Below, piece by piece: positions 28,922 to 42,743 of a stretch of DNA of 64,000 bases. Numbering within the stretch: the stretch's first letter is position 1; each line of letters starts with the position of its first letter. Origin of the DNA: Paraspadella gotoi (taxonomy: Eukaryota; Animalia; Chaetognatha); contig CM119269.1 of the NCBI GenBank assembly GCA_051294375.1, positions 584,272 through 648,271 on the forward strand, given 5' to 3'. A program made the translations under genes and the position numbers. The notes below the pieces were generated by a model. It was not told the DNA's origin and made no database searches. It saw nothing but the letters and a program-made list of their open reading frames with translations.

Positions 28922-31042
28922 TCAATCATAAGTGATTATACTTTTTTTTTGGTATAATTCATCAGCTTTTCGAAGTAAATGTGTAACATCGATATGATCG
29001 GGATAACTTTGTAGCAACTTCATATTCGCCGCAAAGTCTCCTGCCATCAGCTCGTCCCTGACGCTAAGAAGCATCGCCAACATGATGTAAACTAGGAAAT
29101 ACGTTTTTTTACATGAATGAATTTCTGATTAAAACATGGTGTATCAATCTGTAAACATTACCGAGAAAATCAAATCTCTCAGGGTGACCAAACAAAGAAT
29201 CCCAAATTCGCTGAGTATCCGGGAGGCTAAACTCTTGGGAAAGTAAAAGGGTTGTCCATCGGAAAGCATAATACTAAAAAAATTAATAAAGTTATGAGTT
29301 ATTATCAGTACATAATTACGAAAGAAATATTAAATAAAAAAGATTTTTTTTTTTAACGCCTACCTGAGGCAGCAAGTTTTGGGATTCTATAAGGTGAGAC
29401 CACAAAGCCTCGTCAAAATATTTCAAAAGGTTCATCAAACCTGTTAATATAATCACGATTAATTATGGGCGTATTAATTTTGAAAACTTAATTTGAACGT
29501 ATAATCGGTCACCTTGCAACCGGAACCTGATTCCCGTTTGCGAATCGTCTAACGTCTTTATGAAAATGTCTCGAATTTCCCCCATGAGGTTGGTGAAACA
29601 ATAAAAAGTATCTGCCTCTGCGGAGGATCGCCATTCTAAAATTAAATTTTGTTTATCACGGAAATTATCAATTGGGAAATTAATTACATTGAAGAGACAG
29701 AAATAATTAATAATTAATTATTATGAGCTAGTGACAGAACCGTTCAATATAAGCAGTTCCTGAGCTTCGGATCAGGCAGAAACACCGTGTTACCGGCGGG
29801 TTAAGCGCCCCGTCCCTCTTAACTGCTAGGCGGCCACCAGGCTAGAACCCCAGACTTTTGATTTGGGAATCGAATGACTTGCTTCCTGCACCAATGGCCG
29901 ATGAAGAACGGTTGGTGCATTTTGGTCCACTATAACGTGTAATTTAGCTAACCTTCGCTGGGATCCGTGGCGAAAGTGTAATAGATGGGTCCGATGATTT
30001 CGTTCATTCCTTGCACATATCCCTGCCCAGGATTCAGTTTGGCGTAAATAAAGAGAATCCTTTCTACAACCTCCCAGTGAGCTTCTTGCCCGTCGCTGAG
30101 ATGTCTGTAGTCGATCGAACTACTAAACGTACATAAATAAAAATAGTTTAACGTGAAATAAGCAAACGCATAGTCTCGTCTCAAGACAAACCTGGTTCTC
30201 CGTTTGGCGTTGACCAAATTGGTCATACCGCTCTTGTTTTTAATCACATTGGTCGCCTCCAACATTGTCTGTTCAACGCGTCGACGAAGGTTGACGATTT
30301 TTGAGCTGGAAGAAGTTAGCTCGCGGCATGGAAACGGCGTGGGAGACTGAACAGTGTCGTAGGGACTTAAGTTGGAGGGAGAGGGGGCTTAATCGTAACC
30401 TAATGGCGCACCTGAAAAAAGTTAAGGTCGGGACAAAGACGCCGAACGTCCTTGTCGATTTGAAGCAGGACTTCATTGTCCTTAAAGTAAGTGGCCCAAC
30501 TGCTCGTGGGATTCGGGTTTAGCGGATGATCGATCATCGTGACATCAACCTTTGCCCCCGACGGAGGAGCCTTAAAAAATGTTAGCAAAAGAAGACCAAT
30601 TTAATAGATTAGTAGTGATGATGACTTGAAGAAAATTAGATAACCTCCATTTTTTTCAAGCCGACCTGTGTTCCAGGATGAACAATCATTTCTTTGATGA
30701 AGTCGTTGTAGGACTGTTTGTGTTTCATAATAAAGCTGCTCCATTCTTTGCGATCTAGAGGGAGGTAGTTGAGCAGTATTTTCCAGGATAGAGATCGAAG
30801 ACCGTAGCCGCCCGATTCTTGAGCGTTGTACGAAACCCCGTGATAAACCAACTTCGCTAATTCATGCGGAACGATGTGGTCTTGTCGAAGCGTCAACTGA
30901 GTTGTAAATGGTTATAAAAATATTCGCAAACCATATTATTAATATGGTAAACAATCTTGCTTACGTGAAACTGATCAATTTTTGCTTTAAATGTCATCGA
31001 AGTAGATTTGGGGAGTGTATTTGCTCTCGCGTCTTCAGCCAT
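28922..31042 (-). CDS. TBC1D13: TBC1 domain family member 13 (Rab-GAP), multi-exon
   Basis: Diagnostic segments WKILLNYLP, DHPLNPNPTSSWATYFKDNEVLLQIDKDVRRLCPD, EAHWEVVERILFIYAKLNPGQGYVQGMNEIIGPIYY, YAFRWTTLLLSQEF. ATG at 31042, TGA at 28924-28922. Confidence 0.92.
29738..29920 (-). mobile_element. tRNA-derived SINE-like element or tRNA pseudogene in a TBC1D13 intron
   Basis: Minus strand 29900-29831 has a 7-bp acceptor-type stem (CGGCCAT/GTGGCCG), an A-box-like TGGTGCAG, a TTCCCAA loop and a B-box-like GGTTCTAGCC. The anticodon and T arms are imperfect. A GC-rich tail follows. Confidence 0.5.
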
Positions 31043-31224
31043 GTTTTTGTGCCCGATTTTCCATCAACGCCGAAAGCAAAAGTTCGAACTATCTTTCTCA
31101 ATTTCATTGCCTCATAGGCTCATATTCTTCTTGCCAAAAAAAAAAATACAAATAAATTAATATATAAATTTAAATACGATTTTTTTTGCATTGGAATAAT
31201 AAAATAACACGAGGGGGAAAAATA

Positions 31225-34200
31225 TCATTGGCTGCGGTGAGCAAACTCTTGTTTTTTGATTCGTGGCGAATGCCCGTATATCTTTTCAAAAATTTCTTCA
31301 AATTTGTTTCCAGCAAACATTGTTTTTAAAATTCCCTCAAAGAAAACAAAGAGTAGGCGCTGGTTTAAGGTTTGATGCTGAAACATCTCGAACAAACGTA
31401 GAATTCCTGAAAGAATGGACAACAAATGAGTGAAAAACCGTGAGACTCTTCAGTGAGAGGAGAAAAACCAATACCTCTCTTGGATGTGTCGTTTCCAATG
31501 AAACGTTTGAGATCGTCGGAAAGGCTTCCGAGCATCTTGGCCTTTGTTAAGACCCTCAGTCTTTGGTTGGTAGCAAAGTCCCTTGACGGTAATGATTCGA
31601 CCGCAAGGCCTTCGGGCCAAAACGAGTCCCGAAGTTGCTTCAAATAATCAGCAATCTGGAAAACAGATTATCCGATATTTTACATATAATAATTTTTTTC
31701 TAAACTCTTTCAGAGAATGAATTTTCAACAAAACTGTGTTTTTAAGGAAAATATACATTATATATCTAATCCAGAAGACAATTTAATAATTCTGTAAAAT
31801 ATGTTAAACATTTTTAATTAGTTTTAAAATTTAATCTATTATAGTAAAGCAAGTAATTTTTCTAATTTTTAATCTATATTCTATAAAAGTATAAATGTTG
31901 AAAAAGTATATTCGATTTATAAGCCACATGCTCCTACTTGAGTCGGTGTAATGTAGGATTCCATATAATCGATTATCTTCTTGTTAATCATATCTCCAAA
32001 CGTTGCTTTTATGATTTGTCGCAGAAACGCAACCATTCTCCGTCTTAGCCATTGGTTGCTTCCAAGATCAAAAATTTCATCGAAAAGTAGCAATGTGATT
32101 CGAAGTGGAATGTTTTCCTCATCACTGAGACCCTCACCGACTCGACCTGGGTCATGAAGAAGCTCAAACCGAATCAGCCTATTATTTAATTAAGACTCAA
32201 GAATAAATCTGTAGAATAAACTTACCGGTGTCGCCCAAAAGAGCGACTCCCTTGACATTGAGTGAGTCAAAAACCCTGGCAGTGGAGACAGAAAAATCGC
32301 CAACTCCAGGACCTCGCTTTAACAGCTTGTCTAGACCGACTTTGACCGAATCCGAGGCTTCCTTCACACCTTCCCCGACATCTTTAACGCCTTTTACCAA
32401 TTGTAGAGGAAAGGCTCTCACGGTGTTAGTGACCACCTTAAAATTATTTTCTTTTAATTCTAGACCCAATCAGTAAGCCAAGATCGACTCGCGTGCATAA
32501 CGAATCTCACTTTAAAAGGATTTTTTATGGCTGATCCGATGACGGAATCCGCGGCAGCGCTGAGACGATCTCCGATCTGATGCTGTTCCGATGATAGTGC
32601 CCGGTCCCATCTGAAGATAATAAAATAATAAGCAAATATATATGCTTATCGTGATAGATCTATCATAATGCATTTACCGGTCCACCTACCCCTCACTGAG
32701 GAAAGTTTCAATGATCTCCATGCTGCCGAGAAATTTGCGTAGCATCTCTTGGCTGAGTATGGTATGCAAGTAAACATCGAGTGCCAGGCGCCGCTTCTCC
32801 AAAAACGTTGCATTCATGTTAGAGAAGCGGTTGAAGTTTTTTCCGGGCAACACAATCGAATATGCATCGAACTTCTTCTTCAGCATTCTCTGCAACTCGT
32901 CGAAATCCGAGTAACGTCGACCCACCCTCCACGATTGGGATTCGCCGAGTGTCGAAGATTTTGTCACTTTGATGATGTAGATGGCGTAGGACGATTTGCC
33001 TGGTTCCCCCTTGATTTGAATGAAAACATTGTAAGTCAATTTTTTTTAATAAAACGTTGTTCACAGACAACTCACGTCGCAAATAACTGTTTCGACGATT
33101 TTAGCTTCCAGTGCGTAAAAATGAGTTGGTTGATTTTTTCTTTGAAAACTTGGGGACTTAGTTATGGAAGCTGCCGTCGCCAGACTCGCGTTTAAAAATT
33201 GAGCAGAACGAGATTGCGGCATTGATGTTGTGATTAGCGCAGGTTGATGAAGTTCGAAACTGGAGTTCAATCCAACGCAGTCCGATGCTTTGTGAAAGTA
33301 GAAAAAAATAACGTATTAAATTAATAAATAATCATTATTACGTTTCAGTTTACTCACCTGAATGTAATGATTCTAATGAATGCACAGAACCGTCGCCATC
33401 TTGGCGTCCATTCTCGCCATCGTCCATCACATCGCCGCCTAGCAAATCAAAATCGGCGAGTAGCTGGACGTAGGCTTCCTGCTTTTTGAACTTGGGGTAA
33501 AACTTGGAGTTTTTATCTAGCTTTTCATAGACGGCCTCCTGAAGCGGTTCAAACAAATCAATGGGTATGGTGGATTTCTTCAACGCAACGGAGAGATCTT
33601 TAGTTAGCAGTTCCAAATCCATTAGTTCCAAGCGCGGAAACGCCTTTTCCGATAAATACTGGTCGAAGATACTTTGAGCGGAATACTTAAGCAAATGGTG
33701 ATCAAAGGCGTCCTCTTCTTGTCTCATTTCTACTTGATACTGCGCCTTGAACGCTTCCGTGGCAAGATAAAAAAAAACATAATGCTGCCTGTGACAGAAG
33801 AAATATATTATTTGTAATTTGTTATTAAAATCGGGGTGGAAATGTGCAAATTTAAAAATAACCTAGGATCAGATGGATCACTAAGAAAATCGATAAAATA
33901 CGACAATGCTCTGTTGCTTCCCAAAACAATTTCTAGTGGAACGGAATAAAGCACGCAACCAGGTTGAAGGTATCGCGACAACTCTCCTTCGAACAAACTA
34001 TCACCGTCTCCCTCGTCTTCGCCTAATGAGAATTTGGGTTAATGATACAGTAGCGTAACATCAGCATCAAAATAAACCAGACGTGAAGGAAAACTAAGCT
34101 ACGAGGTCATTTCTATGAAATTATAGAAAAAAGAGAAAACTTTATTTTTCGTCAAAGTTTAACGTTTTAGAATCGTTCATGTGTGGACTAATTTTGAAAA

Positions 34201-36109
34201 TATTATAAATGTTAGGGTAACCAAAACATTCTCTAATGTTTCTGATGCTTTCCCATCTATGCCAACCAAAGATCTTACGAATTCCATTATTAATGGCTAA
34301 TAAAAAAAAAACTTTTCCAAGCTATGTAGTATGCCTTTATTATTTTATTGCAAATTTCATTCATTCCTTATAAATTAACTTTTGAGAACTTTCTTTAAAA
34401 AGCTAACGGCATACGGCTAACGGCTAACATTCATAATACATTCCATAATTATGAACCTACCTTCCTGAGGTCCGGGAGCCTTCAGTTTCACGAGACGAGA
34501 TTCGCATATTTTCAAAAGAAATTCTAAAGATCTTAAAGTCTGCTTAGTATCCTCTATCTTAGAATCTTTTCCTTTCCCCGCGGTGTCTTGAGATCGATGA
34601 AATGATATGTCTTGCTCAACCTAAGTTGGTAACCAATCAATGGTAATCAACAAAAGAGTAGTAAATAAGGCAAATTTTAAGTTGACTGCCATAAAACTAA
34701 GAACTGGAACCGACCTAGTCGCGTCGGTTATTTTTTTACACGCATACATCATTACTTTTTTTTTCTTGTAGTATCAAACCCTGATAAAGTTTGGGGTATT
34801 TAGGGATAAGGGCAGTTCGGGTTAACGTTTTTTACGTTTGTGCTTATAAAAAAACCCAAAAAAATCATCGACTGGGAAGATTTTAAACAGTGAATGACCA
34901 TATATTAATTTAATTTTGTCACCTTAATTTTAACGGCTTCTAATTCTTCAGCATTGTCTGTCGTCTTAACGACCGTGAGGAATGATTCGTTATTTAGAGA
35001 CGATTCTTCACACAACCAAGATATGGTTTGATTAACGAATTCGGCTTCCGTTATTTTATCAATTGAAGGAATGATGACGAAGTTTAGCAAAATTTCTTTG
35101 GTGATTACTCTGAAAGCCTAGTTATAAATAATTTATATTAATACTGAGGCGTAAAATTCGACCATATAATTATAAATCCCTCAGGAACCTTGTTGTGAAA
35201 ATCTTGGGGATCGATCAATAGAAACAAAACGAAATCTATGATTTCTTTGAGGTAAGCCTTCCGCGCTTCCTTATCGAGACAAATCACATCGCGACAACAT
35301 CTTTTTTCCATTTCGCTTTCCAGATTGAAGAATGTATCGTATAAATCTGAAATCGTAGGTTTATAGAATTGGTCGCTTGGTGAAGGCGTTAGTTTACAAC
35401 CGCACAAACTTTACCTTCATCGGTTACTTTTTGTTGTTGCTTCAAGCTCATTTGCGCCTTTCGAAACAGTTTTATATGAGAGGCGAAGTCATCGACTACT
35501 TTGCTGGTGAGAAAATCGATCCAGTCCGAATCTTTGGCTCTTTGCGCCGCCCGCGCCACAAATTTTTGGATCAAGACTCGAAGACAATTCAAAAACTCAG
35601 GATCCGACGAAATCTCGTCGTACCTGATAATAAAAGTCAGGAGTTTGAAAGCATGAAGACCCTAAAATATCTCACTGAACGAATAATTACCAAGGATTGA
35701 CGTAATCGCGAAATATATAATTAATAATATCGTTAATGGGCGCGTCTACTTTGTATGATCCCGTAATTCTCGTGTCGCCGAATCCGTTGACTTTTCGTGA
35801 TCGAGATTCGATTCCGCATGGAAGTCCGACGTTCGGGGGTCGAAAGACAAGAAATGGATTTCCTGTTCACAAAGAGTCGCGTTCAGACGAGACGCAAACT
35901 GATTTTAAATATGGGTCCTTACCTTCTTGTTCCCGACGCGATAATATGTCGAGGCGTTCATAACCCCTAACCATGGCGACGCACAGAAAGGAAATAAAGA
36001 GAGAGGTGGCCAGGATCCATAACCAAATGACGCGGTACGGGCCCAAAGACGTTAACGATAATAACACCGCCAAACAGAACCACCCTCGATTCCCGATTTT
36101 AATACGCAT
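31225..36109 (-). CDS. SNX13: Sorting nexin 13 (TM-PXA-RGS-PX-nexin C), multi-exon
   Basis: N-terminal TM pair (GWFCLAVLLSLTSLGP), PXA (DFLTSKVVDDFASHIKLFRKAQ), RGS (ALSYFIDF, IFDQYLSEKA), PX (RRYSDFDEL...FLEKRRLALDVYL), and nexin-C (NIPLRITLLLFDEIFDL..NQWLRR, LRDSFWPEG, LFEMFQHQTLNQRL). Confidence 0.92.
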
Positions 36110-36399
36110 TTTTATGAGGCGAAGAAAAACTTCGACGTTTACTTTTGACTTATTGCAAATCTTCCAGCGTTTCTTGCACTTTCATTTTGTAAAAGATTTA
36201 GTTTTAAACTACCCATGTTCGGGCAATGTGTTAAGACAGATATCACTAATTACGAGTCTTTGGGTCTAAAAAATAAAAAAAAATTAAATACGCACCTTCA
36301 ATAAAGTGGAAACCATTAATCATTCATCGGATAAGAATTTTTAAGATATATTTCGTAAGAAAAACTTTTGCGTTAATCGTGGTTATTAGACGAAAACCC

Positions 36400-37000
36400 G
36401 TTGTATGTTTTTATTCTATTAACCCTACCCACAGACCCGCCGGTCCGTCCCTCTTGACCTAATTTTCATCTTTTCCTGTTGTTCCTGTTCCAGTATTTGA
36501 GAAGAAAAGCATATTTTAATTCGCGTTTGCGAGAGTACAAGGAGAATCTATATAATATTACTTATTTATATCGTTGCGAGACGAGAGCCGTGGTTAATAT
36601 TTTTAATTAAGTGGTTGTTAAGGCCCTTACCCACAACAAGGGGCGGGTTTGTGTTAGTCGAGGGAAAATGATTTTTTGTCTCATTCGCTTCTTCTTCTTT
36701 TGATGTCGTCGCGATCGTCGATACAAACAAAATGGAGCGTCGTCGTCGTCGTCGGCATCGTCGTCACTTGCCAAGGGAAAGGAGTCCCGAAAACGGGGCC
36801 ATTTATTATAATTTAATTTTTCCAATCTGATTGTTTTTATTACAATTTTATTAATTATTAAAAGATTTAAAAAATGGAAGGATTAAGCCGCTAAGCGGGT
36901 TTTTTGAAGGTTTGATCAGTGATTGCTGGCGAAGAGCGCGAGTGATGATGTGGAATGTCGAAATATGGGATTTCAGTTTTGCGCTGCCTTGAGCTGAACA
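36400..37000. promoter_or_regulatory. Probable bidirectional promoter region between SNX13 (-) and MFF (+)
   Basis: Head-to-head gene orientation with a CpG-rich patch at ~36640-36800. No TSS evidence. Confidence 0.45.
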
Positions 37001-37773
37001 AAAATCGTATCTCAATTGCGTATATTCTCTCTAGTAGACAGTTGCTTTTATTATGAATATTACCCTTTAACTACGGGCTCTGTAAATTTATCTGTATCAG
37101 CTTGCATCCGGGTTGTATTTATCAAATCGGACAATAAATTTTTAAAATTGCTAAAGTAATCATTAGCATGAAAATGAAATCAAAATCCGTGGCTGTCATT
37201 ATTATTACACACCAATATTGGCATGATTTAAAAATCAAGACCACCTATGTAATAATATTAATTTTCAAATCCTGTTAAAAATGATGAAATGTTTGTAAAT
37301 TACTAAAATTACAGAAAATGTTGTTGAAATATTACTCTTTTCATGATTTTCTTGGAAAATTGTAGATAATACTGATCTGAAAGAGTAACTAAAAGAATAT
37401 TACGGTATAATTAACAACGCAGCAAAACAATTACTCATTGTCTTTCACAGTGTCTCGTTTTTTTTGTGAAAACGATCTTGTATCTATTTACTAATTTAGC
37501 TTTTTAGGTCTTTTGCACTGGTTGAGACTGTTAAAATATAACTTATAACTTATTATTTCTGTGATTCTGTTTTTCTTTCATGCAGGATTAATTTCTTTTA
37601 AAAGAAGAATGTTCGCTACTCTTGTATTCAATACATAGTTCTACATTTTTATCGGATCATCATGGTGAGAAAGTTCTCGATATATTTTGTATCGGATCCG
37701 TGAAATTTTTTTTGCAACCTACAACTTATCTCCTCTATTACTCGCTTTGACGAATTCTATTGATGCGTTACAG

Positions 37774-39306
37774 ATGACAGAGAGTCCACCGAGCAAACCT
37801 CCACCGGATCTGGAAACACTTCAGTACAACGCTTGGGACCCTGAGTTTTCCGCCGACATGAGTTCGAAGATGCGGGTTCCAGACAGCATTCGAGTCGCGG
37901 GTAAAAATTACTCGCTTTTCACTATCGAAGTCTCCTGCTACTGATTTGGACTCTTTTTAAGGCGATGCTAAAGAGCCATCTTTCGGTGGAATGGATAGTT
38001 GGGGGACATTGAATGGATTCGGGGGTGGAGGACGCCCAGACGATGTCTTCACCGCTTTCCATCCACAAGACGCGATGGAACAGGCGAGGGATCGCGCTAG
38101 GCGCTCTATGACCGTTCCTCAGAGAATCCTTGTTGCTGGAGATGATCCTCACTTTAAAAAAGGTAAGACTATACATTTTATTTTGTGATGCAATGTTGAA
38201 TTTTAGTTTCGCCACAGACACGAACGGTTTCCCCCCTGCGGCTCCACTCAGCCCTTCTTCATCTTCTTTGGCTTCTCGCCACGCCGCCATGGAGCTAGAC
38301 TTCTCGGCGGCGACTTCTCAACGCGAAGATTCTGGAGTTCAGCTATCGACTCCTCCTGAAGTCCTAACCGTCACTGAGGCGAAATTCCCGACAGGTAGTT
38401 AAAAATTTTTTCTCAAGCCGTTTTTGCAGTATTTTAGTAAATTATATCATTTAGAAAGGGCTATTTACATTATCCTACCTATTTACTAGTCTACCATGAC
38501 GAAACTCCAATGGCTGAAAGACGTCCCCGGCCAGGACTTCCCGGAGGAGACAACAGGTCTTCGCCGATTTTTCGTAGAAAGCCTGGTAATATATACTTAG
38601 TAACTGTATGCTACTATTAGGAGTAGAGTAAAGTACAGAAGACTTCATATTATAAAATGAGGTGGTGGTTTTTTTATAATTAGAATCTGTTCACAAAAAA
38701 GTACCCGATCGAATTTCATGAAATTTTACATACAGGGGTGGAACCATATATAATATATATAGACATTAGACAAAATTTAAAAAATCATTACTCTAAAACT
38801 TAATGATTTTTAAAATCTGAATAAATATTCAAATAATACTCTCTCTTAGCTTTTAAACGATATATAAATATTACTACTGATGAACGGTTGGTGGATTTTA
38901 GTCCACCATACAAATGTATAATTTTGGTCAGGTGGTGGTGGAGATGCAGCGCCCGTCTTTTCAAGTCTTCAAGGATCAGTCAATGATGTCAGCAACATGA
39001 GCTTAGGGTAAGCTAAGATGCATGCATGAATATTTTTTTTTCGCGAAAAGACTTCAGACTTGTATAAATATTTTTGTCAGCGCAATCACACCAATGGAAG
39101 ATACTGGAGTCGTTGGATCCTCGTTAATGTCTCTACAGGACGAAACTGTGTTACTGCGACGACACGTCGCGAAATTAAGCCGACGTGTCAATCAGTTAGA
39201 ACAGGATAATTTACAACGAAGTTATCGAGAGTATGTTGTGTACCCTATATTTTTAGGGTATTTTATTGTAAAACTTTTTAATTGGATTAGGCGAGGGCAT
39301 CATTAA
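37774..39306 (+). CDS. MFF: Mitochondrial fission factor (Mff/Tango11 family), multi-exon
   Basis: Two Drp1-binding repeats (KMRVPDSIRVAG, SMTVPQRILVAG), TPPEVLT motif, C-terminal coiled coil (LRRHVAKLSRRVNQLEQDN) and tail anchor. Confidence 0.88.
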
Positions 39307-39998
39307 ACCTGAGGTACAAAGTTCTACTTTTTATAAAGCTAATATCAAGTTAATGATTAATAATAAATCGGCCACTCATATTGGATCGGATGTAAACTCT
39401 ACAGCTTTAGTCAATGGTGACCAGTCAGCAATTTGACTATTCTTTTTTTCATGCATTTTACGTCAATATCGTCAATTTTGTGATTTTTAAAGATTTGAAA
39501 AATGTAAAGTAATCGTTTTATTTCAAAAGCGATGTTCAATTTCTTCGTTGGAGATCACTTTTCGAAGTGTCTCATTGATTCGCTCATGGCCGCGAAAAGA
39601 ATTACCAAGGCATTCCTTCATACATAAATTCTTTACTTCTGTGCCGATTCAGTTCTAAATAACGGGACTACAAAAGATCTCAAACACAATTATAACGAAA
39701 GATTTTTCATTGATGTTCCTTTACTTTTAGGGTTAAAGATGCATTTTAGATATTATTGAAATTAATTATTCTTTCAAATTATTTGATATCGACCATTCTC
39801 ATCAAGGTCAATGAAATTTCTTTTCCCTTTGAAAATTTCAATTCAATAATTTCTCACTTTTCAAAAACTATGATATTTATATTTTTGTTAACACGTGATA
39901 TATCCGAATTTTTTGAAAAAAAAAATTATTCGGATATCTATTGCGAGTCCTGTAATGCTTGCATAATTCACATTGTAGCTAATCGCTGGAAAAAAACT

Positions 39999-41691
39999 AT
40001 GGAAAAACTTTTGGATGGATATCTCTTCGGGGCAGCTAAAAGTGGTCTAGATATAAACAATTATTTGGCCAGCTATATTTTCGAAATATTGTTTGGGACC
40101 TTTCGGATTCTTAATTCTATTATTATCGCTGCCTGGAGTATCGGTTCAGCCTTGCTGACTCTAGTAGTGCAATTGCTACTAGACATTTCAACCCTGATAC
40201 CTCTGGTGAGGCAATTTGAGATTCTGTATTTTAAATACTCGATTTAATATTTAAAACTAGCCAGTTCGTTTCAGACCATTACGGCTTTATGTTCCGTCGC
40301 ACATAGCTTTTCAACCAGCGTTGTCGCGGTCTATACCTTCGTCGAAAAATGTTTTCATTACTTCGCTTTCGGCCTCTTCAACGGCATTCGAATAGCTTCA
40401 GACGTCGCTGATCAGCTTCAAGTAAGATATTTTCTAAAATCTCGATTTACATTTTATTTGACAGTGAAAAATTCTTATTTTTCTTTTTAGAATTTGCCCG
40501 TCGTGACGCACAAATGGCTTCGATGTGTCGTCGACAGTCTCCAATTCGGCGTTGAATCAACGGCGATCGCTCTGAAAGACGCCTCTTCGATGTTCGATTT
40601 CCTGCGACTCTCGTTGTTATCCGCTTTCACTTTGCTCATTCACGGAATTCTTTCCCTCATCGTCTTCTTTATTTTTCTCCCATTTCGTGTCGCGTGGTCA
40701 GTCCCTGCGCCAATATACGCGGTCGGCATCGGATTGCCTCTCGTTTATTATTTTGTGCGCGTTTTGTGGACGTCGCTTGTGACGCAAGAACGGTTTGCAT
40801 CTTCGAGATTCATTCGGTTTGCAAACACCTCCAGATTACTAGCCGGGCTTTACGTCTTCGGTGCGAAATAAATTCCATCTTCGTCATGTCAGAATTGCAA
40901 TCGAATAACTGATTGTGCATTCCCGCAGAACCGGTCAAGATTGGGTTATTCTTATTCGTCGACCTATTTTTAAGGATTCTAAACCCGTTCAAATTGTGGG
41001 CAATATTTGCGTCCCTGGTAAAACTAAAGCAATTTTAATAAGAAAAACTACAGTTTTTATTCACTCATTCTTTCTTCAATAGTTGATGGTTGAAAATGTT
41101 TATCTTCCCTTCTTACGCGACATATCTCTCGCGGCTCAATGGTCATTCTCTCTCTACAAAAAGATCCTTCACTTTGGCCTCCGTTTCTTCGTACACTTCA
41201 TCCACCAGAGCGTTCGTTTGGGTCGTCGCGGACTGCGGATGATCATCACTCACTTCTTTTGCGCAGTAATGCAGGGACTAACCCAAACCGGTTTGTTATT
41301 CCACTCTTTGCTCGCCTTTATCGGGAATATGTTCTTTCTCCCTATCGCCCGGGAAAGACCAGTCGCCGCGGCGGGCGGTGCTGCAGCCGCAGCTGCAGAT
41401 AGCGGCGGCGCATTGCCATCAGTCGGACGAAATTTCGACCCAAATGTTAAAAGTTCAACCACGGATTCTCTTTTATTAAAAAATCTGCGGCAACAATTAA
41501 ACGAAGAAATAGAACGCCATCTATGCGTTGTTTGTCAGGATGAACAGAAGACCGTAGTCATTCTTCCCTGCCGTCATGTTTGCCTTTGTCAACAATGTTC
41601 TATGGAGATCTTTAACAATCCTGACTTTCGACAACGAATTTGCCCATTGTGCCGACGTGCTATAGCGGAAGTTATTCAGGTTTACGTATGA
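39999..41691 (+). CDS. RNF26: RNF26-like multi-pass ER RING E3 ligase, ~5 exons
   Basis: Hydrophobic N-terminal exons joined by phase-consistent GT-AG introns. C-terminal RING CVVCQDEQKTVVILPCRHVCLCQQC...CPLCRRAIAEVIQVYV. Confidence 0.8.
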
Positions 41692-42141
41692 ATGGTACAT
41701 CTTGGATTATGCATTAGTCGTTTTTTACAGTTTCGCGCATTCGTTTATCCTTCATTATTTACATTATTTTTGTTTAGAATAAATCTAGTTTTTTGTTCTA
41801 GTTTTTAAAATTATAATGTACTAAGTTTAGCTTTGTACTTCGTTTCAAGATTAACATTAAGTTGATTAACTGAAACGGAATCGTCAAAATTACTGTTCTG
41901 AAATCTGAATGTACGTATAAATAGGATCATATCTATATGGTTATGGGTTATATTTTATATTTCAAATTGTCCTTGAAATTCAAAAAGCACTGTTTTTGTT
42001 AACAGTTTTAAGTTAATGTGAAAGGAGTTACTGATTGTGATAATATATTGTTTGTTGGTTATTATGTTAAACTTTTTCTTTTTATAGTTCATCTTCATTT
42101 TGAGCTTTTAATCGATCTCCTCATTCAATAACTTTCGAATC

Positions 42142-42743
42142 ATGAATTATTACGTTTTCCTCGTCCTCCTCTCGTCCCTCTGGACGCTCACCATCTCCAC
42201 CCCGTGCTTGGGGCCTTCCATCACCCCGCGCGTTTACACCTCTACCGAGGCACCCCTTGCGACGGCCACTGTCTTCATAGTCGAATTCAGTCTTTCGTGT
42301 AAAAACGAAGTGGGCGCGCCGATTAACCTTTACGCTACTGTCAACGGGAAAACCATCCCTGCAGTCAAGACCAAGGACGGGAATTACCAAGTGTCCGTCG
42401 TAGGAGTAAGTCGTCCTTTCTTCTATCGGTCCACATCCGATTCCAATGGTCTAGTTATGGTTTTTCATTCGTTCTTTAGGAACACTCCACGATACCTAAG
42501 GGAGTTTATGACGTTGGAATTTATGACGAAGATGGTTATGCTTCCCTTCGCAAGGCCCAACGGAGCGAGGGAGCCGCGGCGGCGGAGGCGGCCGCTGCAG
42601 TGGAGCCCCTCGCTGTTGTTCAAGTCAACCACGGAGGCGTTTGGAAAGGCGCCCCAATTCAGTCGGAAATAGTTGCTCTGATTGTGGCAGCATTCGTTTG
42701 GTATCTCGCCCATTCCGCCAAATCCAGCCTTCAAGACTCTTGA
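42142..42743 (+). CDS. SSR4: Translocon-associated protein delta (TRAP-delta); exons 42142-42405 and 42480-42743
   Basis: Signal peptide, VFIVEFSLSCKN, LYATVNGK, YQVS, YDEDGYASLRKAQR, VNHGGVWKG and a C-terminal TM. Confidence 0.92.

Noticed and set aside
29831-29900. Functional tRNA-Gly gene
   Set aside because: The anticodon and T arms are mispaired or mis-sized, so it is treated as a tRNA-derived remnant.
36882-36908. Hairpin CCGC-taa-GCGG followed by a T run, resembling an intrinsic terminator
   Set aside because: The stem is very short and the context is eukaryotic Pol II DNA; expected by chance.
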